A stretch of 64,000 nucleotides of DNA from Candidatus Woesearchaeota archaeon (GTDB taxonomy: Archaea > Nanobdellota > Nanobdellia > Woesearchaeales > UBA583), in contig OZ242164.1 of assembly GCA_965205335.1 (NCBI GenBank), positions 1,088,001 to 1,152,000 on the forward strand. Direction: 5' to 3'. Of this stretch, positions 1 to 9,201 are shown piece by piece. The position numbers and the translations under genes are program-made. Under the pieces are notes generated by a model. It saw nothing but the letters and a program-made list of their open reading frames with translations. It made no database searches and was not told the DNA's origin. Within the stretch, counting starts at the first letter, position 1. The number at the start of each line of letters is the position of its first letter.

Positions 1-256
1 GTCCAACGTTTACAAATTCAGTAATTAGATTTGGAACTAATACTTCTGTAATTTCTTCTTCTATTATTTGTTCTCCAGATTTAATCACATCATCAATTGT
101 TGAGTATTTACCTGCAAGAACTTCTTTTCCTAATTTGGTTTTTGGATTCCAAACTTTTTTTTCAACTTCTTCCCGAGGTCTTTCGCGTCGATAGTCTCTT
201 CTTTTATTTCTGTCTCTGTTCATTTTAGAGTTCTTATAATTGTTTTCTCTTATCAT
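1..256 (-). CDS. rps5: 30S ribosomal protein uS5, 5' part (runs off window)
   Basis: Manual translation MIRENNYK...VWNPKTKLGKEVLAGKYSTIDDVIKSGEQIIEEEITEVLVPNL matches the archaeal uS5 N-terminus; follows uL18. Confidence 0.9.
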   Translation of the reverse strand, partial: MIRENNYKNSKMNRDRNKRRDYRRERPREEVEKKVWNPKTKLGKEVLAGKYSTIDDVIKSGEQIIEEEITEVLVPNLITEFVNVG

Positions 257-273
257 TTTTAAAATTTATTATC

Positions 274-792
274 TCATTTAACCTCTTTTATTGCTTGTTT
301 TGTTTTCTCTATTATTCCCGATGCATCTTTTGTAGGTAAGTGAGTACCATTTAATCTCTCTTCTGACGGAAATACTGTTTGGGATGCTCTGATTTTAACT
401 CCTGAATCTTTAATGCCTTTAACTGCAGCATATAATCTCCCACCATAAGAAGAGGAGTTTTGAAGTCCAAAGTCAACAATTATTTCTTCTTTTAAGTTTA
501 GTTTCTGTGCTTTCATTCCAGCTAAGTAACCTGTTAAGTAAGATGCAACTAAGTTCCCTGTATTTAAACTGTATCCCAATTTCTTTAAATCAACTGCTTT
601 AGAACTTAGTAACACTTTATCTCCTTTTTGAGAGTATGAGACAAACTGCACAAGCATATTTTTATTTGAGGAGCGGATTACTGCTCTTATCATATTGCTT
701 TTAAGAAGTTTTAGTCGCAGGGAGTAATTAGTCCTTTGTCTTATTCTTCGGTTAAATCTAAAAATCCTGTTTTTGTTTATGTTTCTTGCCAT
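274..792 (-). CDS. rpl18: 50S ribosomal protein uL18
   Basis: RRIRQRTNYSLRLKLLKS and GNLVASYLTGYLAG motifs; operon position. Confidence 0.95.
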   Translation of the reverse strand: MARNINKNRIFRFNRRIRQRTNYSLRLKLLKSNMIRAVIRSSNKNMLVQFVSYSQKGDKVLLSSKAVDLKKLGYSLNTGNLVASYLTGYLAGMKAQKLNLKEEIIVDFGLQNSSSYGGRLYAAVKGIKDSGVKIRASQTVFPSEERLNGTHLPTKDASGIIEKTKQAIKEVK

Positions 793-794
793 GT

Positions 795-1265
795 TCACTT
801 CACCTCCTCTTTTGTACTTAGCATATTGTTTTGTTCAATGTACAGATTTATGTGCCTTTTATCTCTAAAGAAGTTTCCCTTGGATTTCTTGTATAGTTCT
901 CTGTATGTTTTTTTGTCTAATTTTCCTGAGTCTTTTAGATTTTTCAGGTATGCTCTTAGGGATCTGATTTTAATCATCCATTTTTTTTTGTCACCAAATC
1001 TTGCGTTTGCAGTTCCTTTCCTTTTTCCATGCCCAGATCTTCTGCCCTTTGCTTTCTGGGTTGCAATGTGATTCGCTCTGGTTCTCGAATTCCCTCTTTT
1101 AGGCTTTAGGATAATTGCTTTTTGGGAGATTAAATCTTTAACGCCTTCTCTTGAGATTAATTCTTTGAGATCTTTTTTATTGTCATTGGTTATATTAAAT
1201 TTAATTCTCTTTTTTGATGCTCCAAGAGCTCTTGACACAAGTTCTTTTTGTTTTCTTAGATTCAT
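795..1265 (-). CDS. rpl19e: 50S ribosomal protein eL19
   Basis: KGRRSGHGKRKGTANAR and YRELYKKSKGNFF motifs. Confidence 0.97.
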   Translation of the reverse strand: MNLRKQKELVSRALGASKKRIKFNITNDNKKDLKELISREGVKDLISQKAIILKPKRGNSRTRANHIATQKAKGRRSGHGKRKGTANARFGDKKKWMIKIRSLRAYLKNLKDSGKLDKKTYRELYKKSKGNFFRDKRHINLYIEQNNMLSTKEEVK

Positions 1266-2152
1266 TTTTCAACCTCCTGCGATTTTTTATCAAATTCCTC
1301 TTTTTTCTCCTTGGTTTTATCATCAGACTTAACTTCTTCTTTTTTCTCCTTGGTTTTATCATCAGACTTAACTTCTTCTTTTTCCCCCTTGGTTTTATCA
1401 TCAGACTTAACTTCTTCTTTTTTCTCCTTGGTTTTATCATCAGACTTAACTTCTTCTTTTTTCTCCTTGGTTTTATCATCAGACTTGACTTCTTCTTTTT
1501 TCTCCTTGGTTTTATCATCAGACTTGACTTCTTCTTTTTTCTCCTTGGTTTTATCATCAGACTTGACTTCTTCTTTTTTCTCCTTGGTTTTATCATCAGA
1601 CTTGACTTCTTCTTTTTTCTCCTTGGTTTTATCATCAGACTTGACTTCTTCTTTTTCCCCCTTGGTTTTATCATCAGACTTAACTTCTGATTTCTTTTCC
1701 TCTTTGGTTTTCTCTTTCTTGTCTTTTTTCTCTTTTGGAGTTTTTGTTAAATCCTTTATTGCCTTTTCAATATCTTTAATGTTTGAGATGGTTAGTTTAA
1801 CTTCTTTTGCTTTTTTTAATATCTCTAATTTCTTCTTTTTACCAACAGTTCTTGATATAACTGCTGTTTGGGTTTTTGGGTTGATATTTGCTAAGTCTTT
1901 TGGATTTGAGATAATAACTTCTGATAATCCTTTTTTGTTTAAGCCATATGCTTCTTTTGGTGAGCCAAAACCAACCTGAGGCATTGAAGGTTTGCCTCTT
2001 CTACCTCTTCTAACTTTATTGCCCATTCCTTTTGGTCTTCTCCATTTAGGAAAAGATAGTTTGGGAAATTGACGGGCTTGTACTCTTTTATATTTTGGTT
2101 TTCTACTCTTTAATGCATTTCTTATTTTCAAAGCTAATTTTATATCTGTCAT
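1262..2152 (-). CDS. rpl32e: 50S ribosomal protein eL32 with repetitive charged C-terminal tail
   Basis: KWRRPKGMGNKVR, PQVGFGSP, ISRTVGKKKKLEI; between uL6 and eL19; start chosen at MTDIK. Confidence 0.93.
   Translation of the reverse strand: MTDIKLALKIRNALKSRKPKYKRVQARQFPKLSFPKWRRPKGMGNKVRRGRRGKPSMPQVGFGSPKEAYGLNKKGLSEVIISNPKDLANINPKTQTAVISRTVGKKKKLEILKKAKEVKLTISNIKDIEKAIKDLTKTPKEKKDKKEKTKEEKKSEVKSDDKTKGEKEEVKSDDKTKEKKEEVKSDDKTKEKKEEVKSDDKTKEKKEEVKSDDKTKEKKEEVKSDDKTKEKKEEVKSDDKTKEKKEEVKSDDKTKGEKEEVKSDDKTKEKKEEVKSDDKTKEKKEEFDKKSQEVEK
1297..1688. repeat. Tandem repeat, 10 x 39 bp, encoding SDDKTK(E/G)(K/E)KEEVK in eL32
   Basis: atcatcagact recurs at 1319, 1358 ... 1670 with a 39-bp period. 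Confidence 0.97.
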
Positions 2153-2153
2153 T

Positions 2154-2732
2154 TTATACATACCTCCTGTGAGGTTTTTCCACAATGAAAATACCATCCT
2201 GAATTACTCTTCTGTCAAAATGTGTGATTCTTGTTGATTGTTCAAGTAATGCCGCAACTTGTCCAACTCTTTCTTTATCAATTCCTGAAACTGTGATGTC
2301 TTTTGATTTGACTTCAACTTTCACATCCTGAGGCAATTTAACAATTCTTGGAACTTTTTCCCCTAAGAGATTTTTTACAATGAATTCATTTCCTTTAACT
2401 TCAACGCTCATAGGAAACTTAGCATATACAACTGATAGTTTGTATTCAAATCCTTCTGTAACTCCTTTAATAATGTTATTTATATGTGCTCTGTATGTGA
2501 AAATAATTCTTTTTTCTCTTTTGGTTAATATCTTTGTTTCAATAATAATTTTGTTATTTTCAACTTTTATATGAACTCTTGGATACCTTAATTTCCTTGA
2601 AATTTCACCTTTAGGACCTGTTATCGTTAATTCATTGTTTTCATATTTAGCACTAACTCCCTCTGGCATATCAATTTCCTGTGTTAAGGTTTTCCAGATT
2701 TTCTTTTTTGTTTGAATTTTTTGGTCAGTCAT
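2154..2732 (-). CDS. rpl6: 50S ribosomal protein uL6
   Basis: ITGPKGEI, NIIKGVTEGFEYKL, DRRVIQDGIFI. Confidence 0.97.
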   Translation of the reverse strand: MTDQKIQTKKKIWKTLTQEIDMPEGVSAKYENNELTITGPKGEISRKLRYPRVHIKVENNKIIIETKILTKREKRIIFTYRAHINNIIKGVTEGFEYKLSVVYAKFPMSVEVKGNEFIVKNLLGEKVPRIVKLPQDVKVEVKSKDITVSGIDKERVGQVAALLEQSTRITHFDRRVIQDGIFIVEKPHRRYV

Positions 2733-2742
2733 TTTCAAATAT

Positions 2743-3132
2743 TTAGTAACAGTATGCAACTAATGTACCTCCAATATGTGTTTCTTTTGCCTGTTTTTGA
2801 GTTATAAGTCCCTGATTTGTTGAAATCAGAAGAACCCCGAAATCTTTTGCTGGCAGGAATCTTCGTTCATAGGCTTCAAGCTCATTAATTTTTACAGGAA
2901 ATCTTGGTTTAATAACTCCACATTTGTTTATAGTGCCAACTAAATTAACCTCAATTAAACCCCCTCTTCCATCCTCATGTATTTCATAAGAGCCAATATA
3001 ACCATTTTCTTTAAGTGCATTTAAAATGCTTAGTATGAATTTTGATTTTCTTAAAGTAACTTTCTTGTTTAAAGCCTTAACTGCATTATTTATTTTTGAT
3101 AGTGAGTCTGCTAATTGATCGTTTAGTGTCAT
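2743..3132 (-). CDS. rps8: 30S ribosomal protein uS8
   Basis: DQLADSLSKINNA, INKCGVIKPRF, FLPAKDFGVLLISTNQG. Confidence 0.97.
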   Translation of the reverse strand: MTLNDQLADSLSKINNAVKALNKKVTLRKSKFILSILNALKENGYIGSYEIHEDGRGGLIEVNLVGTINKCGVIKPRFPVKINELEAYERRFLPAKDFGVLLISTNQGLITQKQAKETHIGGTLVAYCY

Positions 3133-3176
3133 TTTAATAATTCACCTCCTTAATTTTTGATTGCATTTTTTCTACC

Positions 3177-3407
3177 TCAATTTAATTTTTTAAACCCTAA
3201 TTTTGTTGCATTTAGCCTAAAACATTGTCTGCAAATTCTTAATCCAAACTGTAGCATAACACTTCTTGTTGTTCCACAGAAATCACATTTGGTAATTCCT
3301 CTCCCAAATTTTCTATCTTTTGGAGCATTATGTTTTTTATATTTTCTCCACTTGGCAGGTTTATTTTTCAACTGGGTTTTTGCTTTTGTATAATCTTTTG
3401 AAGTCAT
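3177..3407 (-). CDS. rps14: 30S ribosomal protein uS14 (Zn-binding, N-terminally extended)
   Basis: CDFCG...LRICRQCFR...LGFKKLN. Confidence 0.95.
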   Translation of the reverse strand: MTSKDYTKAKTQLKNKPAKWRKYKKHNAPKDRKFGRGITKCDFCGTTRSVMLQFGLRICRQCFRLNATKLGFKKLN

Positions 3408-3408
3408 T

Positions 3409-3933
3409 TTATATTACCTCCGCCTCAAAGTTCTGGTTTAGGTATGAGATTACCTCATCCTGAGTTACTTTATGTCTTTTTGGGATTCTTGCAGGTCTTA
3501 GTCCTCTGGATTTAATTCTGAATCCACTTCTTGCAAATGTAACCATAACCTCAAAGCCCATAATTCCTATGTCTGCATCGTATTTAATTCCTGATAATTC
3601 CAAGTACTCCTCAAATCCAATTGAAAAGTTTCCGTATGTGTCAAGTGATGATGCTTTTAATGTTTTTCCCCGTGAATTTAATATCCATTTGAGAAATTTT
3701 TTTGCTTCATCTCCTCTTAGGGTTACTTTGTATCCAATTGGAAGACCTGGTCTTATCTGCCAAGTTGCAAGTCTTTTTTTTGCAACATTTTTAACAGGTG
3801 TTTTTTCAGTCAGTTTTTTTAATAGTCTTTCGGCTCTTTGCATACCCTGTTTATCGTTCCCAACGCATACATTGACTGTAACTTTTTCAAGAAAGATATT
3901 TTTCATAGAGTTTGTTTTATTTTCTGATGCCAT
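3409..3933 (-). CDS. rpl5: 50S ribosomal protein uL5
   Basis: LEKVTVNVCVG, IRPGLPIGYKVTLRG, GNFSIGF. Confidence 0.97.
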   Translation of the reverse strand: MASENKTNSMKNIFLEKVTVNVCVGNDKQGMQRAERLLKKLTEKTPVKNVAKKRLATWQIRPGLPIGYKVTLRGDEAKKFLKWILNSRGKTLKASSLDTYGNFSIGFEEYLELSGIKYDADIGIMGFEVMVTFARSGFRIKSRGLRPARIPKRHKVTQDEVISYLNQNFEAEVI

Positions 3934-3934
3934 T

Positions 3935-4651
3935 TTAATTAAACTTCTTTAAATCCTCCTCTTTAATTCCAACTACATAACAGTAATCTTTTGCTGTTGT
4001 GTGTACTTCTTTATTTATTTCAAGAGAAACTGCATCTCTTGTGATTCCATTGTAGTTTATGAAATTTTTAATTTTTCCAAACCTGCCCCGGAATTTACCG
4101 TCAAATATATACACAAATGAATCTTCTTTAAGGCTTAGGATATCTGATATTTTCTTTTTGGAATAGTCATAAACCACCGTACCATTAACAGATACTTTTT
4201 TGAAGTCTTTTTCTGAAACTAATGTGTTGTATCCGTTCATAAAATTCAACTGGAATTTTTTCCCTGATGTAATTGTCTTGTTTGTGACTTTTAAATAAAT
4301 CAAGTTATCTTTTGCTTCAATTAGTTTTAGTCTGCCAAATGTGTCAAATAGAACAGTAAATTTCTCTTTGGTTTTTGAGATTTCAAATGTGTCAAATATA
4401 CCAACTGCTGTTTTGATGTCTGAGATTTTTCTGCCGTTTACAAGTATTTCATCATTGTGTACTATGTGTTTTACTTCTTTGCCTATCTGAGCGTAACTTA
4501 AGACATCTCTTAGTAATACTAAAACAGATGTTATGTATTTTAGTTTGTGTGAACCTGCTCTTGGTTTTGAAATAAATGTGATATTTTTTCTTTTAATAGG
4601 CCATGAACTTGGCATATTGCTTCTTTTTAAATGTCTGCTATTGCTTGCCAT
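3935..4651 (-). CDS. rps4e: 30S ribosomal protein eS4
   Basis: HLKRSNMPSSWPIKRK, PRAGSH, LLRDVLSYA. Confidence 0.95.
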   Translation of the reverse strand: MASNSRHLKRSNMPSSWPIKRKNITFISKPRAGSHKLKYITSVLVLLRDVLSYAQIGKEVKHIVHNDEILVNGRKISDIKTAVGIFDTFEISKTKEKFTVLFDTFGRLKLIEAKDNLIYLKVTNKTITSGKKFQLNFMNGYNTLVSEKDFKKVSVNGTVVYDYSKKKISDILSLKEDSFVYIFDGKFRGRFGKIKNFINYNGITRDAVSLEINKEVHTTAKDYCYVVGIKEEDLKKFN

Positions 4652-4652
4652 T

Positions 4653-5054
4653 TTATTTTTTAGCCTCCTTTTTTTTGAATTTTCCTAATTTGTCTGCTCT
4701 TGCTTTATCTGATAAATCAAGTTTTGTAATCATTAGATTCGAAGGGTGAACAGGATACATTGCATCTGAGCCATCACGCCTTTTAACTGTCACTTTGTCA
4801 ATGTAGATTTTTAATTTTGATAATGAGACTCTTGAAACTTTGCCACTTAAATCTTTGAACTGTCCTGCCATAACTCTTACTGTATCTCCTTTTCTTACTG
4901 GAACTGATCTTGTGTTATATTCTTTTCTAAGTTCTTTTGATAGTGACGCCCCAATTAGTCTGTGTTTTATGTGTAGGGGAGATTTGAAAATGTATTTTCT
5001 TTGTTTTCTTTTTTGAGATGACGCCTTCCACTCTTTTGACCATAATTTTTTCAT
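4653..5054 (-). CDS. rpl24: 50S ribosomal protein uL24
   Basis: RKQRKY..PLH, VRKGDTVRVMAGQFK, VHPSNLMITKL. Confidence 0.97.
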   Translation of the reverse strand: MKKLWSKEWKASSQKRKQRKYIFKSPLHIKHRLIGASLSKELRKEYNTRSVPVRKGDTVRVMAGQFKDLSGKVSRVSLSKLKIYIDKVTVKRRDGSDAMYPVHPSNLMITKLDLSDKARADKLGKFKKKEAKK

Positions 5055-5067
5055 ATTCTTTTCATCC

Positions 5068-5472
5068 CTATACGACTATGTTAGCAATTCTTGCAACCGC
5101 TGGAAATCTTTCTCCAACTTCTTTTGCAATTGCTCCTTTTATAATTGTTCCTCTTGGACCTGCAGATTTTTCATCTTTTAGAATTATAGCACCATTTGAT
5201 TCAAACTTTAAGGTTTGTCCGTTTGGTCTTTTGAATTCCTGTTTCTGACGAACAATTACACATTTTACAACATTATGCTTTATGTCCGGCTTTCCTTTGA
5301 CAACATTTGCTGTAACTATATCTCCAACCCCTGCATTTTCAAGTTGTCTTTTAACTGTCTTATATCCTTTAACGGAGATTATCTTAATTACTTTAGCTCC
5401 TGAGTTATCAACAACTTCAACATTTGCTCCAATCGGAAGCCCTCTTGAGCAGTTTCTTTTAATTGCCTTCAT
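5068..5472 (-). CDS. rpl14: 50S ribosomal protein uL14
   Basis: VDNSGAKVIKII, PRGTIIKGAIAKEV. Confidence 0.97.
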   Translation of the reverse strand: MKAIKRNCSRGLPIGANVEVVDNSGAKVIKIISVKGYKTVKRQLENAGVGDIVTANVVKGKPDIKHNVVKCVIVRQKQEFKRPNGQTLKFESNGAIILKDEKSAGPRGTIIKGAIAKEVGERFPAVARIANIVV

Positions 5473-5818
5473 TTTGCTTTTGATCTCCTAAAATTTTCAA
5501 AACAACGAAATGCTTTGTCTTGGATAGGGGTCTGCATTCTCCAATAAGGACAGTATCTCCTTTTTTTGCCAAGATGCTGTCAGGATTATGAGCAGAAACC
5601 TTAGTTCTTTTTTTGAAATACCTATTATATTTTGCATCTTTTACAATTGCATCCCATCCAACTTTTACTGTTCTTCGCATTGAATCTGATACAACAATTC
5701 CTTCAAACATTTTACCTCTAACAGAGAGATTTCCAAAGTAAGGGTCATTTTTATCCTCAGATGTTGTATCCTTCTTTTCTGGTTTGAAATCCACATTATA
5801 TCCTACTGATTTTTTCAT
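5459..5818 (-). CDS. rps17: 30S ribosomal protein uS17
   Basis: PYFGNLSVRG, GDTVLIGECRPLSKTKHFVV. Confidence 0.97.
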   Translation of the reverse strand: MKKSVGYNVDFKPEKKDTTSEDKNDPYFGNLSVRGKMFEGIVVSDSMRRTVKVGWDAIVKDAKYNRYFKKRTKVSAHNPDSILAKKGDTVLIGECRPLSKTKHFVVLKILGDQKQNEGN

Positions 5819-5988
5819 TTTCTTATTTCTATTAATATTGTTATACGCAAAGAAGGTAAATTTTTTATTTATCTACAATAGTAGAATGTATCTTACCTTC
5901 TAACGAAAGTACATTTGAAGTCATATCTGACTTAATTAATGCACTTTAACTTCGCTTTGATAAAAGTCATGATCCGAATCTATTCGGT

Positions 5989-6276
5989 TCATTTTAATTT
6001 TTTTATTCTGTTAGTTAAAGTATTAAAGAGGAGGCGTCCATCTATATATAAAGGTTTGCCCTTTATGGTTGTTTTAAAAACTATGTTTCTTTTAAGAATC
6101 CTACTTGTAAAGCCATTTCCATGAAGTACAAGAAAATTAGCACTTTCATGTATGACTATTCCACTTTTTCCAATCTGATTCGGATTTTTTGATTCAATTA
6201 TTTCAATTCTTGAGCCAACTAATGATTTGTATAGTGCCCCAAACTTAAATTCTTCTTTAACGCTTAAACTACTCAT
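5989..6276 (-). CDS. rnp1: RNase P protein Rpp29/Pop4
   Basis: LVGSRIEIIESKNPNQIGKSGIVIHESANFL; conserved position between SUI1 and uS17. Confidence 0.88.
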   Translation of the reverse strand: MSSLSVKEEFKFGALYKSLVGSRIEIIESKNPNQIGKSGIVIHESANFLVLHGNGFTSRILKRNIVFKTTIKGKPLYIDGRLLFNTLTNRIKKLK

Positions 6277-6378
6277 TGCATTATTGTATAAGAGAATATA
6301 TAATATAAAATTTTGTTAGTTAGTTTTAAAGTGAATTATTTACTCTATTCAAGAGTATTCATATAAAAACCTGATTTC

Positions 6379-6702
6379 TTAGGAACTTATATGAATAGAA
6401 TCTTTGTTAAATCCCTCTTTAACTAATATTTCAATTAGAATCTTTGTTTTATCAGTTCGTCCAAATAGAATTTCTAAATTACCTCTTTTAATAGTTCCTG
6501 CAACAGCCATCTTGTTTTTTATAGTTTTTAAGAGTTCTTTCATTTTTGCAGGCTCGCTATCTATTCCAGAGATTACTCCCCAAAATTTGCCATATTTTCT
6601 TCTCTCCACTTTAATTTCTATAAGAGAAACAGTTTTACCCACTTCCTGACAAACACAAAGTTCAGTTGGAAGCCCACAAAAAGCACATGTATTTTCTATC
6701 AT
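6379..6702 (-). CDS. Translation initiation factor aIF1 (SUI1)
   Basis: CAFCGLPTELCVCQEV, ERRKYGK; conserved operon position. Confidence 0.92.
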   Translation of the reverse strand: MIENTCAFCGLPTELCVCQEVGKTVSLIEIKVERRKYGKFWGVISGIDSEPAKMKELLKTIKNKMAVAGTIKRGNLEILFGRTDKTKILIEILVKEGFNKDSIHISS

Positions 6703-6896
6703 CTATATCACTTCGTTATTTAATCTTGTTTTTATTCTTGCAACGTTTCTTCTCACTAATTTAATTCTTGCTTTCTTTTTAAGAGAATCTTCTCCTGCAA
6801 GAGAAGCCGATTGAAGGTTGAATAATTCTTTTTTTAAATCAACTAATAGGGAATCAAGTTCTCCTGATTTTTTTTCATTATTTCTTCTTTTTTCAT
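6703..6896 (-). CDS. rpl29: 50S ribosomal protein uL29, frameshifted at an A8 run (not in ORF track)
   Basis: MKKEEIMKK, then -1 frame KSGELDSLLVDLKKELFNLQ...KARIKLVRRNVARIKTRLNNEVI*; position between uS3 and SUI1. Confidence 0.88.
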
Positions 6897-7588
6897 CCTT
6901 CTTGCTTTTGCTCTTCTACATTAAGTTTTTCTGTTTCTTCTTCTTTATCTACTTTTTGGTTTTCCTCTTCAACATTGCGAGAAATTGAAGTATCTTCAAT
7001 ATATATAACTTTATCAGGAAGTGGAGTATCTGCAAGCATTATTTGTACTTTAACACCAACAACACCTGTTTTTAGAGTTACACTTTCCTGAGCTTTATCA
7101 ACTAAGTAATCACTTATGTAACCTGTTTTCTTTAAGTATCCTTTGTGAAATCTCCATGATTTGGCTCTTGATGAGGGCAGTTTTCCTGAGATTTTTATCT
7201 CACATCCAATAGCACCTGCATTCATAACGTTAGTTAAAGCTTTAAATCCTGATAATTTGAATTTCTGTGAGCCAAAATTTGCAAGGTTATTGGCAATCAC
7301 TTTAGCAACCAAAGGGGCTGACAGATATAAATCTTTAACTTCACCAATTTTAATCTGAGGGTTTTCAAATTTAAAATTATTCTTTAATGTGGATGTCAGT
7401 TTGCGGATATTTGAACCTTGTCGTCCAATTACAAGTCCAGGGGTTGAAGTGTAAACTATAATTCTCTCGCCAAGAGGAGTTCTCTCAAATTTCACTTCCT
7501 TAACTGCAACATCTCTAAGTTCCCCTCTAATAAAGGAATCAACTTTAAATTCAATAAATCTATCTTTTAATACTTTTCTTTCTATCAT
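6893..7588 (-). CDS. rps3: 30S ribosomal protein uS3
   Basis: RTPLGERIIVYTSTPGLVIGRQG, GAIGCEIKISGKL. Confidence 0.97.
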   Translation of the reverse strand: MIERKVLKDRFIEFKVDSFIRGELRDVAVKEVKFERTPLGERIIVYTSTPGLVIGRQGSNIRKLTSTLKNNFKFENPQIKIGEVKDLYLSAPLVAKVIANNLANFGSQKFKLSGFKALTNVMNAGAIGCEIKISGKLPSSRAKSWRFHKGYLKKTGYISDYLVDKAQESVTLKTGVVGVKVQIMLADTPLPDKVIYIEDTSISRNVEEENQKVDKEEETEKLNVEEQKQEG

Positions 7589-8085
7589 TTTTGATCCTTA
7601 GCCTCTATTTTATTTGTATCTGTTTTTTTAACAGTTTTCTTGTTTTCTTTTATCCCAACAATTATTTCAACATTAGTTGATTTCATTTTTCTTCCGGAGT
7701 ATCTTCCATAATGGTATCTTGAAACTCCTTTTCTGCATGATGCTGATGTAATATATAAGTCATCTCCCAATTCTCTCTCTTCAGCATTTTTCTGAGCTGA
7801 TTTAATGAGTTTTAGAAGTTCTGTTGCAACATTTTTAGGGTATCCTCCAGTATCAATACCTTTTCCTCTTTTGTGAGCTACTTCTTGCTTGTATCTTGTA
7901 TATGAAACTACTGCCTCTTGCTTAGTCACTTTTTCAAGAAAGTCAATTGCAGTTTTTAGTTTTTTTCCTTTAATTGCTTTGCAAACTTCAACAGTTTTCT
8001 TTAGAGAAATTTTTAAATTATTTCCTGATGCTCTTGCCATAATGATTTTATCGTAGTTTTGGTATGAATATTTGTAGTTTGCCAT
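7585..8085 (-). CDS. rpl22: 50S ribosomal protein uL22
   Basis: ISLKKTVEVCKAIKG, GGYPKNVA. Confidence 0.96.
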   Translation of the reverse strand: MANYKYSYQNYDKIIMARASGNNLKISLKKTVEVCKAIKGKKLKTAIDFLEKVTKQEAVVSYTRYKQEVAHKRGKGIDTGGYPKNVATELLKLIKSAQKNAEERELGDDLYITSASCRKGVSRYHYGRYSGRKMKSTNVEIIVGIKENKKTVKKTDTNKIEAKDQK

Positions 8086-8089
8086 TTAT

Positions 8090-8464
8090 TTATTTCCTCA
8101 CTTCAGTTTTTTTAACTCCACCGCTTGAATGCTGAATTCCTATTTTTCTTGTAGGTGCCATCTCCCCAAGTCTTAATCCAAGCATTTCGTCTGCAATCTG
8201 AACTGGAATAAATTTCTTTCCATTGTAGATTCCAACTCTTACGCCAACCATCTCAGGCAGAACAATCATATCCCGACAATGCGTTTTTATATTTTTTTCT
8301 TTGTTTCTTAGTTTTTTTAAGAGTTTGTTCTCCTGCTCTGTAAAACCTCTTTTAATTTTTCTTCTTACATTTGAGTCAACTAGTTTGCTAAATTCTTCTA
8401 ATGAGAGAGATTTAAGTTCTTCTATTGTTTTTCCATGAAATTTAAATATTTTGTCCTGAACCAT
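8090..8464 (-). CDS. rps19: 30S ribosomal protein uS19
   Basis: IKTHCRDMIVLPEMVG..YNGKKF..EMLGLRLGE. Confidence 0.97.
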   Translation of the reverse strand: MVQDKIFKFHGKTIEELKSLSLEEFSKLVDSNVRRKIKRGFTEQENKLLKKLRNKEKNIKTHCRDMIVLPEMVGVRVGIYNGKKFIPVQIADEMLGLRLGEMAPTRKIGIQHSSGGVKKTEVRK

Positions 8465-8466
8465 TT

Positions 8467-9198
8467 TTACTTGTTTCTCCCTGTGTGTCTTGGTCTCACC
8501 ATTCCAACTTTTCTACCTGGTGGCGCGTTATGCGGAGCAATTGTAGGCCTTCCTTTTCTAAGGGATCTTGTTGAACCATGCGGATGGTCGTAAGCACTCA
8601 TTGAAACTCCTGATACTTTGGGATATAACTTATTTTTCTTTTTCATTGCCATAAATTTTGAGCCTGCTTTTAGGAATGGTTTTTCTAATCTTCCTCCCCC
8701 TCCTATCTGCCCGACAAATGCCCTGCATTCTCCTTTAAGGAATTTTTCTTTTTTTGATGGAAGCAGGATTTTAGTTATACCTTTCTGATGTAAAACAACT
8801 GTTGCAAATGAACCTGATGATTTGACAAGTCTTCCAGAATCACCAGAGATAAGTTCAATGTTAAAAACCTGTGTTCCTTCGGGAATGTTTTTTAGCATGT
8901 ACGCATTTCCTATTTTTATGTCTTCTTTTTTAACTTTTTCCCTTTGGTTTATTAGAATTTCTTTTCCAATATAAGCACTTTCAAATGATGGGATTAGGGC
9001 TTCTTTTCCATTTTCATATTTTATTTTAAGTAATGGTGCACTATGTCCTTTTGAATGAACTACATCAATGATTTTACCTTTAATTACATCATCCTTTGGG
9101 TAAGCGTTATATGATAGTTTGCCTGCAAATCTAAATGAGTGTGATCTGTATGTTGAGGTTCCTCTTCCTCTTCTTTGTTGTATTATTCTTTTTCCCAT
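8467..9198 (-). CDS. rpl2: 50S ribosomal protein uL2
   Basis: MGKRIIQQRRGRG, PKVSGVSMSAYDHPHG, PPGRKVG. Confidence 0.97.
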   Translation of the reverse strand: MGKRIIQQRRGRGTSTYRSHSFRFAGKLSYNAYPKDDVIKGKIIDVVHSKGHSAPLLKIKYENGKEALIPSFESAYIGKEILINQREKVKKEDIKIGNAYMLKNIPEGTQVFNIELISGDSGRLVKSSGSFATVVLHQKGITKILLPSKKEKFLKGECRAFVGQIGGGGRLEKPFLKAGSKFMAMKKKNKLYPKVSGVSMSAYDHPHGSTRSLRKGRPTIAPHNAPPGRKVGMVRPRHTGRNK

Positions 9199-9201
9199 TT
9201 T

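Noticed and set aside
1297-1688. Possible CRISPR array
   Set aside because: Repeats are contiguous without unique spacers, in frame within a gene, and no cas genes are present.
1201-1979. ORFs 1201-1674, 1214-1690 and 1311-1979 with repetitive peptides
   Set aside because: Shadow frames of the stop-free 39-bp repeat inside eL32.
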